Source: Leucoraja erinacea
Lineage: Eukaryota
Length of the DNA stretch: 64,000 nt
Assembly (NCBI RefSeq): GCF_028641065.1
Contig: NC_073387.1
Location: 15,872,001-15,936,000 of the forward strand
Reading direction: 5' to 3'
The stretch's first letter is position 1. Every line of letters begins with the position of its first letter. Below the pieces are notes generated by a model. That model was given only the letters and a program-made list of their open reading frames with translations, ran no database searches and was not told the DNA's origin. The translations under genes were made by a program, and so were the position numbers. Positions 1 to 13,079 of the stretch are shown here, piece by piece.

Positions 1-957
1 GAGGCTGTGGGGATCCACTCGGAGAGGAATTTAATGAGAAATGAAATTCAGAGAAAGGACTTGAGTGCCTTGAGGGTATGAGGGAACCAACATGGAGTTA
101 GCTGCATCATCTGGCTGGGGGAGAGTGTGGGAGGGAAAGGAAGAGCCGAGGAAGGGGAGAATGCAGGGAACTGGATCATCAGTCTGAGACAACTTGAAAT
201 TAGGAAATTCAATACTCGTGCCTTTGGGTTGCTGGCTACTGTAGTATAGCCAGGCGTTTAGAAGAATACCACCTTATATTCCACCACGGAAAGTTTACAA
301 CCAATGGTATGTACATGAAATATTCTAATTTGAGGAAACATACACCTTCTGTGTTGCACTCTCCCCCTCTTTCTGAACCACCTCTAATACTCACATTTAT
401 GTTTCCTCTCCCATCTCCCCTCTCCAGTCCCCCTTTCTCCTCTCCCTCTGTCTCCCGGCTCCATCTCCTCTCCACCCACACACTTCACCACTGGATCCCC
501 TCCCCCATCCGGTTCCATCTGCCCTTTATCTCTCCCTTAATGGTTCCCATCAGCACTATCATCACTTATCCGATTCCAGCACTTGTTGGCCCCGTCTTCT
601 GTCTGTATCGTTCAATCTAAGAAGAAACCTATCAATTCCCTAATATTACACTTTCATATTTTGCTGTAACATGGATCGTGCATTTCAGCACCTCAAACAG
701 CGCCTGGCTGCTGGAAAACACAGGCGCCCTGGAATGAGCTGTGGCGAGAGATAGAGAGAGAGAGAAAGCAAGTTAGAGAGAGAGAGAGAGCAAGTTAGGG
801 AGATAGAGGGTGCGACAGTGATTGAGAGAGAAGGCGAGTGAGATAGAGAGGGCGATATAGTGAAAGAGGGCGAGAGAGATGGAAAGGGTGGGCGAGGGAG
901 ATAGTGAGAGGGAGAGAGAGAAGGAGAGAGAGGGTGGGAGAGATGGAGAGACGATAA

Positions 958-3900
958 TTAGCAATGTTACAACATTTTGAGATTTTAAAAATCAAGTCTG
1001 CAATTTATTCCATCAGATAAAGCATAACAAGTTTAATTTGACACCAAATTCACTTTCATATCTCAAGTATTAAAAAGGTTATGGCCATTTTCATACTCGG
1101 AAATTAGCATCTTGTTCCCTATTGATTTTCTATGGACATTACAAAAAAGCTGTGATCTTGGATAGTCAAAAGCCCGTAACTTTCTTAAGAATTAAGAGAA
1201 CTGAATGAAATTTTCACTTATCATAGATTGAAGCATTCTGAAAAAATATAAAACAATCTTACTTGGATGACCTGAAATTAAAGCATATAATTAGCTAATT
1301 ACCTAATTGTAGCTAATTACAAAATTGACCGATGTGACAGAAATGGTAATAAACAACCAGACTGCCTTGAAAATTCAAAAATGTGATATTCTCAAGATCA
1401 GAACTTTAATATTATTGTTTAATATGCTGTAAGTCAGTTATGGATAGGTAAATAAATTACAATTTCTAGCAAAAGACCAAGTCTTTATGGAGAAGATCAG
1501 CTGCTAGCTGGTACATTGGCATATCATAATCAGTAGCATCATCATACTCCTCAGACTGCAACCAATAAGCAACTCTGTACACGTTGTTTTTCCTCAATTT
1601 TTCAATTTTGGCATTGTAAACTACAAGTTTTTGATCTTCAAACCACGCATGGCATGCCTTTCCGCCAACTACTTTCCCACTAATAATGTCGTGTAGATCA
1701 TCACATTTGGAATAGTCCAAATTCGGATAATCTCTGCGAATGCTGTCGAAATCAGTCTCTTTCAATTCTTTCCCTAGTTTTTTGCTCTCTTTCGTGTCTC
1801 GAGCATGCTCCTTGCCTTTCTGTCGCTTGATGATTTCTGCTCTCAATTCCTTCTGTTTTTTCTTCCGTCTGTTCCTCTGCACTCTCCCCCATGTCACTGC
1901 CTTACAGAGCACCCCCTCCCTACGATGCTCCTCGAGATTATCAAGGAAGTTGACTGTTCTATTCTTGCAGGCCCGCATCCTACATGACAAATAACACATG
2001 GTGGCAATGGGAGATTTCTGTTTCGATGAACTAAACATCCCCATTATCTCCTCCGCATCAATGTTGTGTGATCTTGCTGATGCAGTCTCCTCCTTCAGTT
2101 TCTCAGTAACATCAAGTTCAAAGTATTTACTATACTGCCTCTCCAACACAGTGATGACAGCTTGAAGACAGCTCCTCATCTTTGAACTGAACTGTGGATG
2201 TACTGGTAGCTCCTGAAGTTTTGTCAATGTGGCATCAAGATGTACCTCCTCACCGAAGAAATCTTCCCTTGCCAATATCAATTCCTCTGGATCTTCTGTG
2301 GCTTCCTTTAGAGCAGCAATCACCCCTTTAACCACTTTGATGCCATCAACATGGTTGATCTGATTCTGGCTTGAAGTGTAGAAGCGCTTCATCCAAGGCC
2401 CAGTCAGATATTTGCCAAGTAAGCCCAATATCTGAAGTTCTACTTTTGCTTCAGCCTGGGTGAAGTCATAGAGGATGGCGCTTTTCAACCCCCCACAGGA
2501 TATTCCGCTATTCAGCAGGGCAACAAAGTCATCATAATGTTCTATTAGCTTGCCACTAATGTGAAACAGTATTTGCAATCTGTTGCCGCGCTACCGTGGG
2601 AGGACACCTCGGGGGATGTTCCTGTCATCTAAAAATGCGACAAATCCTTTTGGGTCCCCTTTTCCATTTTTATAATGAAGCTTGCTCATCTGCAGAATGG
2701 CATTTACTGCTAGACAGTCTTTCCCAAACAAGAATTGTCCTCCAGATTGTTTCTGCATTTTTAGGGCTGAGCAAACTGATGTAGCAATGGAGTCAAGAGG
2801 ATGCAAGTGGCAGTAGAGCTCGTTCAAATATTTACCCCACTCACTACTCACAATTCTAATAGCAGCATGATTTGTTGCACACTAATGTCACTCATTGTGT
2901 TTGAAATGTTGGCGATCATATTTTGTCTGGTTTCTTGATAATTTGCTTGCAGATTGAAATAAGTGTAGGTTTTACATAAATTGTCAATTGTTTCACAAAT
3001 ATGTTGTGCATAGTCCTCAGCAGTCCCACCAGCTAATTCCTCGACTGCTGCAGAGAGACATTTGTTTGTGGTGGTGAAATGAATGCTGTTAATGTGGATC
3101 TCTTCCTGGGCGGTTGCGTCAAAACCCACAGTCAAACCCTTTGTTGCAAGGAGCATCTCTGCTGTTTGCAACTCTGCAATAGCCCCCAATTCTCGGGCCA
3201 TAACTTCAACTGCACTACGTTGTGGAACATGATCCAGATGAAGTCCACTCCGCTTGTAAAACTGGCTTATCAGGATTGGAATGTTTGCTGTGGGAGTTTT
3301 GTTTACAATAGAGTCAAACACATGCATCCTTATTGTTGAGGAGTAAGTTTTCTGGCCCATCTTTGCCTTGACAATACTGGCAGCCTGCAGAGTTTTGATT
3401 GTTTCTTTGACAACAAGAATGTCAAATTCGAGGCGTCTTACATCCTCTTTCCTGTCCTTTAAATATTCTTGACATTTTCTGAACTGTTGAATTGAAACAA
3501 TTTTCCTCTTTTTCGTACTGCCACGAAACATCAGCAATTGTCTGTGTGCTTTTTTAAGTTTCAAAAACTCTGCCTTGGTGTTAGAGAGCTCTCGTGCCAA
3601 AGTGTTATCATGTAATTTGGTTTTGAGTCCCTGAATCTTTCTGTCCTTTAAATCTATTTGCTTTTGCTTTCTCTTTAAGGCTTGGTTAACTATACGTTTG
3701 GGAGTTTTCAACCGTGCCCTAAGTTCACTGATCTTTGTGTGATACTTTGTTGAAAGAGCAGCCCTGGATTCGGACACAAACTGTAGTCTTTTCTTAAATT
3801 TCTGGTTCCTTGGTGAAAGACTTAGAAATTCTCTGCTACATCTTGTAGAAACACCAGATGTCGATGGCATTGGTACAGGTGAGGCAGTAGCTGTCGTTGG

Positions 3901-4610
3901 CGTTGCTAGATTTAGTGGAGAATGCAGACTATCACTGTCATCGCCCATGTCCTCGGTCTCTTGAAATATGGGCAGTTGGCTTTCAGCTGATGTCAAGAAT
4001 TCAGGATCTTGAGCACCAGGCAGTGGAATGTCATCTAAAGAAATGTGTCGACTGCCTTTTTGAAGTTTAAAAGTTTCATTACAAATTTCCATAAATGCTC
4101 CAAATTCCTTGGGATTGGTGAGTTTTTTAAACTTTTTTTATTTATTTTTTTTTATTTTGTTTTTTTGTTTTAAGTTTTTTAAACTTAAGCAAAGTCTGTT
4201 TAACGAGAGCCTGCACTCTTAACTTAACAGCAGCACATGAATAGGGTGATTTCACCAAATGACAAATGAGCGTAGATCCCTCCCTCACATGACCGAAAAA
4301 TTTAACTGGAGGACATATGTCACTTCGGTACATGTTAGTGAATGGGGAAACACGCACTTTCACACCCGTTAAAAACATGGAAAACGGCCGATATTTTTGC
4401 TGAAATTTTCTATGCTAGTCGGGATGACCGTGAAGCACGGCGACCTAAATTTTCAGGCAAAAAAAAAGATAGAAAGTAAGGTAATTAAAGAGGGAACTGA
4501 AGGTGGAAAAACAGCGGAAGTGAACAGCAGACATTTGCCGTGGAGATTTACAGGTCCAAAATATCGGGAATTATCGCATTTGCTCGCTGAATTTCATCAA
4601 AAGTAAGGCA
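958..4610 (-). mobile_element. DNA transposon with disrupted DDE transposase, hAT-like
   Basis: ORFs 2848-4092, 2591-2851 and 1466-2578 join into one protein with GFDAT (D), TMSD (D), CHLH (CxxH), RGNR and NIDAEEIMG (E). Terminus TAGCAATGTTACAA near 960; other end not seen. Confidence 0.7.
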
Positions 4611-4638
4611 TTACTTTTGATGAAATTCAGCGAGCAAA

Positions 4639-5128
4639 AGCAGTGCAGCCTAGGTTCACAAGATTGATCCCTGGGATGGTGGGACTGTCATATGAGGATT
4701 GATTGAAAAGACTAGTTTGTGTTCACTAGAGTTTAGAAGAATTAGGGGGAATCTCATTGAAACATATAAAGATATAAAATGACTGGACAAGCTAGATGCA
4801 GGAAAAATGTTCCCAATGTTGTGCGAGTCCAGAACCAGGGGCCACAGTCTTAGAATAAAGGGGAGGCCATTTAAGACTGAGGTGAGAAAAAACGTCTTCA
4901 CCCAGAAAGTTGTGAATTTATGGAATTCCCTGCCACAGCGGGCAGTGGTGGCCAAATCACCGGATGGATTTTTAAGAGAATTAGATAGAGCTCTAGGGGC
5001 TAGTGGAATCAAGGGATATGGGGAGAAGGCAGGCGCGGGTTATTGATTGGGGCCGATCAGCCATGATCACAATGAATGGCGGTGCTGGCTCGAAGGGCCA
5101 AATGGCTTCCTCCTGTCTCTATGTTTCT
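4639..5128 (+). mobile_element. CR1 LINE 3' fragment
   Basis: TRGHSLRIKG..VVNLWNSLP ORF2 C-terminus, 3'UTR and ctatgtttcta tail. Confidence 0.9.
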
Positions 5129-5912
5129 AATCTCCCGGGATGGAATGAAACCTCCCACAGACTCCCAAGAGCGGTCCGGAAGGTGAATCTCTCTGTCAGT
5201 CTGCAGGAGGTGGTGCAGGTCGAGGCTGGTGACAGAAGCAGCCCAGAGGATGCCTGCGCAGGGCCAGATCTGGACACGTTGGCAGCTCAAGCGCGTCAGG
5301 TGTTCCTGTCCCTTCATTCCCATTATTCCCACCATCCCTCTCCCATTCACACCCATTGATTCCCTGCCCTTCCCTCTTCCCCGGGTCCTGCTTCTAGCTA
5401 CTGCTGATCCGAAGCCTGAGTCTGCAGCAGCTGGAATCACTTCAAACAGCAGCGTGACTCAGAGAGAAGGGTCAGTGAGGGGAGGGGGGACGGATTGTTG
5501 TTCAGTGCTGATGTGTGCACCGGGACCCCCAGTGTGAGTGTGAGCAGCAAGTGCTGGTGGTTGTCATGGTGACTACACTTTCTATCCGACACTTTGACGT
5601 GAGTCCTGTATCAATATCTCAGTCTCAGATACTGGAGCATTGATGGCAAGCTAAAGTGAGAAAATACTTTACTGAACAATAGTTACAGAACATCATTACC
5701 CCTCCTGTGCTGTGTGTGTGTCACACAAAGACAAGCAGGCAGCTGCTCCACAGAGAGACTTTCTGGAAACTTCTCTCTGACCATTCAGCATTTTATGCAT
5801 GAGAGCAGTTGGTCACTGTCCACAGTTCTTCACAGGCTGCACATTAGACATTGCAAGAAGCACCAATGATACAAATGTCTCTTAATATCTAATGGGAGGT
5901 GTGCACAATTAC

Positions 5913-6179
5913 TCCATTCTACAGTAAAACCTGTGTTACTTGTGTGAACAATGTTTCCGTATTCCTGCACTTCACACACATACTTCCCATCCTCCACTGT
6001 AACATGTCGAACCATCAGATAGACCATGTTATTCAGGCGGAACTGATCAGTGTTGCTCGTGTTCTGCTGGGATGAGTTCATTGGTCTCCAATGAAGACTG
6101 ACTGTATCTGAGAGTCTGGAGATGGTGCAGCTGAGTGTGACGTTATTCCCCAGCAGAGGGCGCTGTGGACTTGCATCAA
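5913..6179 (-). CDS. Gene B' C2 domain exon (segmental duplicate of 29998-30264)
   Basis: Near-identical 267-nt open exon. The donor is weaker (gtaatt instead of gtaagt). No leader or V exon is seen before the gap at 9964. Confidence 0.7.
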
Positions 6180-6192
6180 CTGTGAAAAACAG

Positions 6193-6536
6193 ATATAACC
6201 ATATAACTATATAACCATATAACAATTACAGCGTGGAAACAGGCCATCTCGGCCCTACAAGTCCGTGCCGAACAACTTGTTTCCCTTAGTCCCACCTGCC
6301 TGCACTCATACCATAACCCTCCATTCCCTTCTCATCCATATGCCTATCCAATTTATTTTTAAATGATACCAACGAACCTGCCTCCACCACTTCCACTGGA
6401 AGCTCATTCCACACCGCTACCACTCTCTGAGTAAAGAAGTTCCCCCTCATGTTACCCCTAAACTTCTGTCCCTTAATTCTGAAGTCATGTCCTCTTGTTT
6501 GAATCTTCCCTATTCTCAAAGGGAAAAGATGGTCCA
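6193..6536 (-). mobile_element. CR1-type LINE 3' fragment with (TGGTTATA)n tail (duplicate at about 30278-30621)
   Basis: TRGHDFRIKG..FFTQRVVAVWNELP; inserted about 14 nt upstream of the C2 acceptor. Confidence 0.85.
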
Positions 6537-6568
6537 CAATGAGATTCAGAGTGAGTAGTGGTGTGTAC

Positions 6569-7560
6569 AAGTCAAGTCAAGTCAAGAAAGTTTATTGTCA
6601 TATGTCCCAGATAGGAGAATTAAATTCTTGCTTGCTGCAGCACAACAGAGTATTGTAGGCATAAATACAGAACACGTCAGTGTGTCCATATACTATAGAA
6701 TATATATACACATACACACACATAAATAAACAGATAAAGTGCAATAGGCTGTTATAGTTCAGAGTTTGTTTGAAGTTGTGTTTAATAGTCTGATGGCTGT
6801 GGGCAAGTAGTTGTTCCTGAACCTGGATGTTGCAGAACCTGGATGTTGCAGCGGAGAGATGAGTATGTGGCCAGGATGGTGTGGGTCCTTGATGATGCTG
6901 GCAGCCTTTTTGAGTCAGCGACTACGATAGATCCCCTCGATGGTAGGGAGGTCAGACACGATGATGGACTGGGCAGTGCTCACAACTTTTTGCAGCCTTT
7001 TCCTGCTCCTGGAAGTTCAAGTTGCCGAACCAAGCAACGATGCAACCCGTCAGCATGCTCTCTACTGTTGAAAATGTCCGTAGAATTTACAGCCAGTTGG
7101 TCCGCACAGGTTTTTAAAACATGCCCGGGTATACCATCATGTCCAGGCGCTTTCCGAGGGTTCACCCCTCTGAAGGATATTCTGACGTTGGCCTCTGTGA
7201 GTGTGACCAAAATACCAGCACGGCAAATGGGGGCTCGGGAAGGCTCATCAGTGTTCTCCCTATCAAAGCATGCGTAAAATGCATTGAGCTCGTCAGGGAG
7301 TGATGATTCGCTGACATTTGAGTTGCTTCCTGATTTTGCCTTGTAAGAGGTGATTGCATTCAAGCCCTGTCACAGTTGACCTGTCACGCCCTGTCATCTG
7401 TCTCATCCTCCAGCTTGGAGCAGAAGTCCCTTTTGGCCTTTTTGATGGCCATACCAAGGTCGTATCTGGACTTCTTGTAGACCTCTGCATCTCCAGGCCT
7501 GAATGCCTGGGATCTAGACTTCAGAAGAGTGCGGATCTCATGGTTCATCTAATAACCGAG
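6569..7560 (-). mobile_element. Rex1/Babar-type LINE fragments (duplicate at about 30654-31645)
   Basis: SLPDELNAFYACF..VNPRKAPGHDGIPGHVLKTCADQLA; (CTTGA)n tail; internally deleted. Confidence 0.75.
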
Positions 7561-7839
7561 CTTAAAGCTGACAGCCTGGCTGAAAGTTAGAACAACTTCT
7601 CCCCCACTGCTCTCAGACTCCTGACACGTGTGGTTGGTCACATTGACGCAGTGAAATGCCGGCTGTTCACCGTGGGGCAGCTGTTGGAACCGGCAACATT
7701 CAGGCGTTGTTGTATTTACACATGCTCTGTTTCAAATATTCACAAACCCCGGAGTCATCCGGTGCCACTGCACGGAGACATTGGTTTCATTCCACCTTGC
7801 CACGATCACCTTACCGTGTGCTGACGAGAAGACCATGGT

Positions 7840-9950
7840 ATAAGTAAGTCAGTAAGTAAGTAAATAAGTAAGTTTATTGCTCAAGTATTCACATACAAGG
7901 AATTTGCCTTGGTGCTCCACCCACAAGTAACAACATGACAAAGTGACAGTTACGAATGACTCAGAAAACACTAAACATTAATAATAATAAAACATTAATG
8001 TTAAAACACCATTAAAGGGGAACCGGTGGATGTGGTATACTTGGACTTCCAAAAGGCTTTTGACAAGGTGCCACATAAGAGACTATTGCTAAAAATAAAA
8101 AATTATGGGATTGGGGGTAATATATTAGCATGGGTAGAGGATTGGCTAACAAATAGGAAGCAGAGAGTGGGGATAAATGGTACTCGGGATGGCAACCGGT
8201 AACTAGCGGGGTTCCGCAAGGGTCGGTGCTGGGACCCCAGTTGTTCACAATTTATATAAATGATTTGGAGGAGGGAACCAAGTGTAATATATCAAAATTT
8301 TCGGACGATACAAAAATGGGAGGAAAAGTAGGGGATGAGGAGGATAGGAAGATTCTGCAAAAGGATATAGATAAGCTAGGTGAGTGGGCAACAACTTGGC
8401 AGATGAAATTTAATACTAATAAATGTGAAGTCATTCACTTTGGGAAAAAAAATGATAGGGCAAGTTATTTTCTAAATGAGGAGGAGCTGCGTTGTAATGC
8501 AACGCAAAGGGATCTAGGGGTATTAGTACATGAATCACTGAAAGTTAGTATGCAGGTGCAGCAAGCAATCAGGAAGGCCAATGGAGTTTTGGCCTTTATT
8601 GCTAGGGGGATTGAGTATAAAAACACGGAGGTCTTGCTGCAGCTGTACACAGTATTAGTGAGACCACATTTGGAATACTGTGTACAGTTCTGGGGTCCAT
8701 ACTTAAGAAAGGATGTACTAGCCCTGGAGGCAGTGCAGCGAAGGTTTACAAGATTAATTCCTGCAATGAGGGGATTGACATATGAGGAAAGGTTAAGTAG
8801 GCTGGAACTCTACTCTTTGGAGTTTAGAAGAATGAGAGGCGATCTCATTGAAACATATAAGATCGTGAGGGGCCTTGATCGGGTGGATGCACCGAGGATG
8901 TTCCCAATGATTGGGGAAACTAGAACTAGGGGACATAGTTGCAGAATAAGGGGGGGGCTCTTTTAAAACTGAGATGAGGAAGAACTTCTTCACCCAGAGG
9001 GTGGTTAATTTATGGAATTCACTGCCCCAGGGAGCAGTGGAAGCAGAAACTTTAAATATATTTAAGACTAAAATAGATGGTTTTTTAGCTGCCAAGGAGA
9101 TAAGGGGCTACGGGGAGAGGGCAGGGATATGGACCTAGGTATGGTTAGTATAGTAAGACCTGAGTGATCTCCTGGACAAGTGTTGATCGCCTAGATTGGG
9201 GTCGGAGAGGAATTTCCCGGATTTTTTTCCCGAATTGGACCTGGGTTTTTATCCGGTTTTTTGCCTCCCCCAGGAGATCACGAGGTTCTTGGGGTGGAGA
9301 GGGGTGATAGCGGTATAAAGGGGAGGGTAGTGTCTTGTGTTCTGTGTCTTGTGTCTACTGTTTGTGGGTAAGTGTGTCTGTTTAGTGTTCAGCCATGAGC
9401 GAATGGCGGTGCGGGCTCGATGGACCTGGTGGTCTGCTCTCGCACCTACTTTCTATGTTTCTATGTTTCTATGTTTCTATTAAGCATGTGAACCAACAAA
9501 ATACCAGATCAAAGGGAGGCTACAGATTTTTGTTTGTTGAGTAGAGCAACTACTCGTGGATAAATACTGTTTTTATGTCTGTCTGTGGCAGCTTTGACAA
9601 TCCGGAGTCGCCATCCAGAGGGAAGTGATTCAAAGAGTTTGTGAGGGGTCAGAGATGATCTTGCCCGCTTGCTTCCTTGCCCTTGCAGTGTACAGTTCAT
9701 CAATGGAGGGAAGATTGCAGCCAATAACCTTCTCTGCTGATCGGATGATTCGCTGCAGCCTCCAGGTGTCGTGCTTGGTGACTGAGCCAAACCAGACCAT
9801 GATGGAGAAGGTGAGAACAGGCTCTACGATGGCCGTGTAAAATTGGACCATCATTGTAGGTGGCAGATTGTGCTTCCTCAGCTGCCGTAGGAAGTACATC
9901 CTCTGTTGTGCCTTTTTGACTGTGGAGTCGATGGTAGCCCCCCACTTAAG
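7840..9950 (-). mobile_element. Rex1/Babar-type LINE 3' part split by a CR1 (uninterrupted copy at about 31929-32930)
   Basis: KAQQRMYFLRQLRKHNLP..VWFGS..LQRIIRSAEKVIG; (TTAC)n tail. Confidence 0.75.
8014..9480 (+). mobile_element. 5'-truncated CR1 LINE, present only in this duplicate
   Basis: [31 protein letters not shown] motifs; (CTATGTTT)n tail. Empty site at about 32095. Confidence 0.92.
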
Positions 9951-9963
9951 ATTCAGATTCAGA

Positions 9964-10063
9964 NNNNNNNNNNNNNNNNNNNNNNNNNNNNNNNNNNNNN
10001 NNNNNNNNNNNNNNNNNNNNNNNNNNNNNNNNNNNNNNNNNNNNNNNNNNNNNNNNNNNNNNN
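9964..10063. other. Assembly gap (100 N)
   Basis: Run of N. Confidence 1.
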
Positions 10064-10667
10064 GTGCGCCTGGGCACTCTGGGGGATTTCCGGGACCGCT
10101 GGTCACTGCGTGGGGTATTGCATCCTTGACCAAGGACTGTGCAGGTATTAGTTGTACCAATTGTTTTATTGTTTCCTTGGTTTTTAATGGTTGGGTGATT
10201 GTATTGTGGTTTATTGTCTTTTACATTATTATATTCAATATTTTAATAAATAATTTTGAGAAAAAATATCAAAATGTGTCTAAGCGCACAACGCTAACTG
10301 TGTTTGACCGATACAGTCCAGAATGAGTGTCTTCAACAATAAAACACCAATATGCAAATCTCCCCCACCATGTTCTTTGTTCACATAAAGCCATTGAGTA
10401 AAACTTTAATGCATGGATAAACCCTAAATACAATACATGCACCCATCAACGTGCAGAGTTTTACAGCACTGTCTGACGGACATCAGAAAAACACTGCAAT
10501 CAATCAGCAAAACACGTGAGCATCAGCCCCACCAGTGCAATGTGATGAGGTGGTTCAAGAGTCAGAACGCCTGGAAAGTTGTTCTTCTATCTGTAATGTC
10601 TAGGTTTTCAGCTGAGGTGAGATGAGCCCCCATTCATTCAAGCTGTCCCACCCTCACTCACTCGGAA

Positions 10668-11681
10668 TCAAGGATCTTAGAGCGAGCAAGATAGGCACTC
10701 CTGGAATACAATGAGCTGGACGTTTTGTACTCTACGAGGGGATCCTGGGCATTTTTCAACCCGCCCATTTTATAACCGGATATACCTACCGACCTGACTC
10801 ACAGTTAAATCATTGGTTGCGGGGCAACGTTTGGATGTGTGTGATATGGGTTAGAGCATAATTCTGTTCTGCAGTTCAATAATTATTCTTGTCGCCAAGA
10901 ATACAAATTTGAACTCGTAATTTTCTTTTGTTTATGTTTTTGTACATCATTTTTTTTTAAATGGCTCACAATCATGTTTGAGTTGATTTTGTATTGAACC
11001 TGAACGACCTACCTCCCCGGTAATTACATTGCTGAGAAGATTTTTGTGATTGATGCAGGGGTTAGATTCACAATTCTGGTTAGGTTCATAATTCGTTCTA
11101 TGTTCTTGTTAAAGGAATAAAATGGTTTATAAAACACCCATACCAGGACTGTGATTATAATATATAATAATTCATATAACACACACCAATTATAATTTCT
11201 GTCTGAGCCGAATGATGACTTTATTGTCGACTAGACAAGGGGAATTAAATAAGCAACATGGTAACCTCTCCCCGCAACTGTCCACACACACGAGGCCTAT
11301 CCCCCCCCTCAACAACCCCCCCCCCCTCCTCAACCCCACCCCCCCCGCCCCCCCCCCAACCCCCCTCCCCCCCCCGGCACTGCCCGATCGGCCTCCCCCC
11401 ACACGACAATGTCTCCCTCCCCCCCTTACTTCCCCTCTCCCCCGCTTGCCCCAGGCCGCTTCACTTCCTCTCCCGCCGGGCGCACACCCCCGCATACTGC
11501 TGCGGAAACAAAGATCCCGATTCTGTTGGTCCGTAACAACAATGGCTGGCGGGATCTGGTCGCTAAAAAATGGGGTTCCTAGAAGCCCCATGGTAGCTGG
11601 CCCATGAGCGTTACTGACACGTTTTTGCGTGAGTAGTACCAAACCTACATCGGTCTGCTCTAAAGACCTTTGCTCCTTGAT
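10668..11681. mobile_element. Non-autonomous DNA transposon with imperfect TIRs
   Basis: tcaagga..tcttagagcgagc at the left mirrors tctgctctaaagacctttgctccttga at the right. Absent from the homologous position in gene A (about 51953). Confidence 0.55.
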
Positions 11682-11705
11682 AATCATTGATCTGTTTTTT
11701 CACAG

Positions 11706-12060
11706 TTTGAGGCAAAAGGGTTCCACAAGCGTCCTCCTTTCTGCTGGGGCAAGTGACGGTCACCACTCACCCAGCTGCACCACTCCAGGGACTCTCAGGG
11801 GATACAGTCAAGGTCTTCCCGTGGGACCGGTGGGGGACCAATGGACGGATTCACTAACCCCCCCCTTAAGAAAACACGAGGCCAACACACAGATCAGGAT
11901 ACCCGCTGAATACACACGGTCTATCTGAATGTTGCCCGCAACACATGGTTATATTACAGTGGAGGGGATGGGGGAAGCTGTATGTGTGTGAAGCATGAAA
12001 GGGGGAAAAAAAAAAAAGAAAAAAAAAAAAAATCGTTCATTACAACAAAGTAACGCCAAA
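11706..12060 (+). pseudogene. Garbled copy C of the D2 (C2) exon
   Basis: Follows attgatctgttttttcacag. Colinear with 51975-52244 but with many extra bases (e.g. ggaagctgtatgtgtgtgaag retained). Confidence 0.7.
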
Positions 12061-13079
12061 ATTTAAAAATTTGTTATTTTTGCGTAAGTGTTTCAAATAA
12101 ATCATATTAGGATATTAAAAATATACAGCTTGTTACCATTGGGGCTTATTTTTTATAACATTTCCTGTGTGCACCCTGTGGGAAAGGGAAGATTGTGTTT
12201 TTAGTTTCATGTGGCCAAAAATCTCTTCTTGTAACAAAAAAAAAAAAAATTGGCTTCAGTGTTCAAGGAGAGGAGCTTCAAGAAAGTCTCCCTTGTGAGC
12301 AGCTTGGTGGGCCTTTCATTCTTCTGTTTGTACAGATTACACAATACTGACAAAGAATTAATTTATGATGGTGTTTGTAGTAAAGGGAGTAAAACTCAGT
12401 GGGGGCATGTATTTGGGGAGAAAGATTTATAATAAGTGGGACCGTTTTTGGTTTCAGACATCTCCTTTTTCAGGTTGAAATGATTCCAGCTGCTACCGGA
12501 CTCGGGCTTCTGATCAGCATTCAGCTCTGGGGGAGCAGGGGGGGACCCAGGGAGAGGGAAGGGGGCCTGTTTTAACACAAAATGGGTTTGGTGAATGGGA
12601 GAGGGTGGATGGGTGGGAAAAAATAATGGGAAATGAAGGGAAAGGGTTGGGAAAATTGGAAGTGCAAAAAGAGAGGAAGGGGAGGCAAGCTGGGGGACAA
12701 GGAGGAATGTGACAAAGAGTGGGGGTAGGGGCTGATGTTTTGCAGCATGGTCTGGTTCTGATATGAGGGGTAGTGAAGCGGAGGGTATGAGGGGTCAGGG
12801 GAGACATTCAACCATTTCCCCACCACGGGGAGTCACTTGGGGTGCCAGACCCAGCTAATTATTATTGTGTAAAAACCTGAAGTGTTTTGTTGTGGAATTC
12901 ATGCAAAGGGTCACATTTTGAAACAACAAAAAAAAACATCGATTGAACAAAACAGAAAGAATTTTAATAAAAAAAAAAAATCTGGTTGGGAATTTTTTAC
13001 CTGATTGCCCCCTTTGTGCCTCAGTTAAAAACTTTTGATGCTGAAAAGGAGTTTATATTTTCTTTTGTCTCTTGCTCTA

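Noticed and set aside
236-995. Ser/Leu/Pro-rich ORFs
   Set aside because: They derive from GA/CT microsatellite and degraded repeat sequence.
5003-5537. Overlapping 100-127 aa ORFs repeated at 29087-29621
   Set aside because: They span a CR1 3'UTR and intronic repeat remnants, and recur only because of the segmental duplication.
11190-11687. Proline- and glycine-rich ORFs
   Set aside because: They are translations of C-rich low-complexity sequence inside a transposon in the noisy region.
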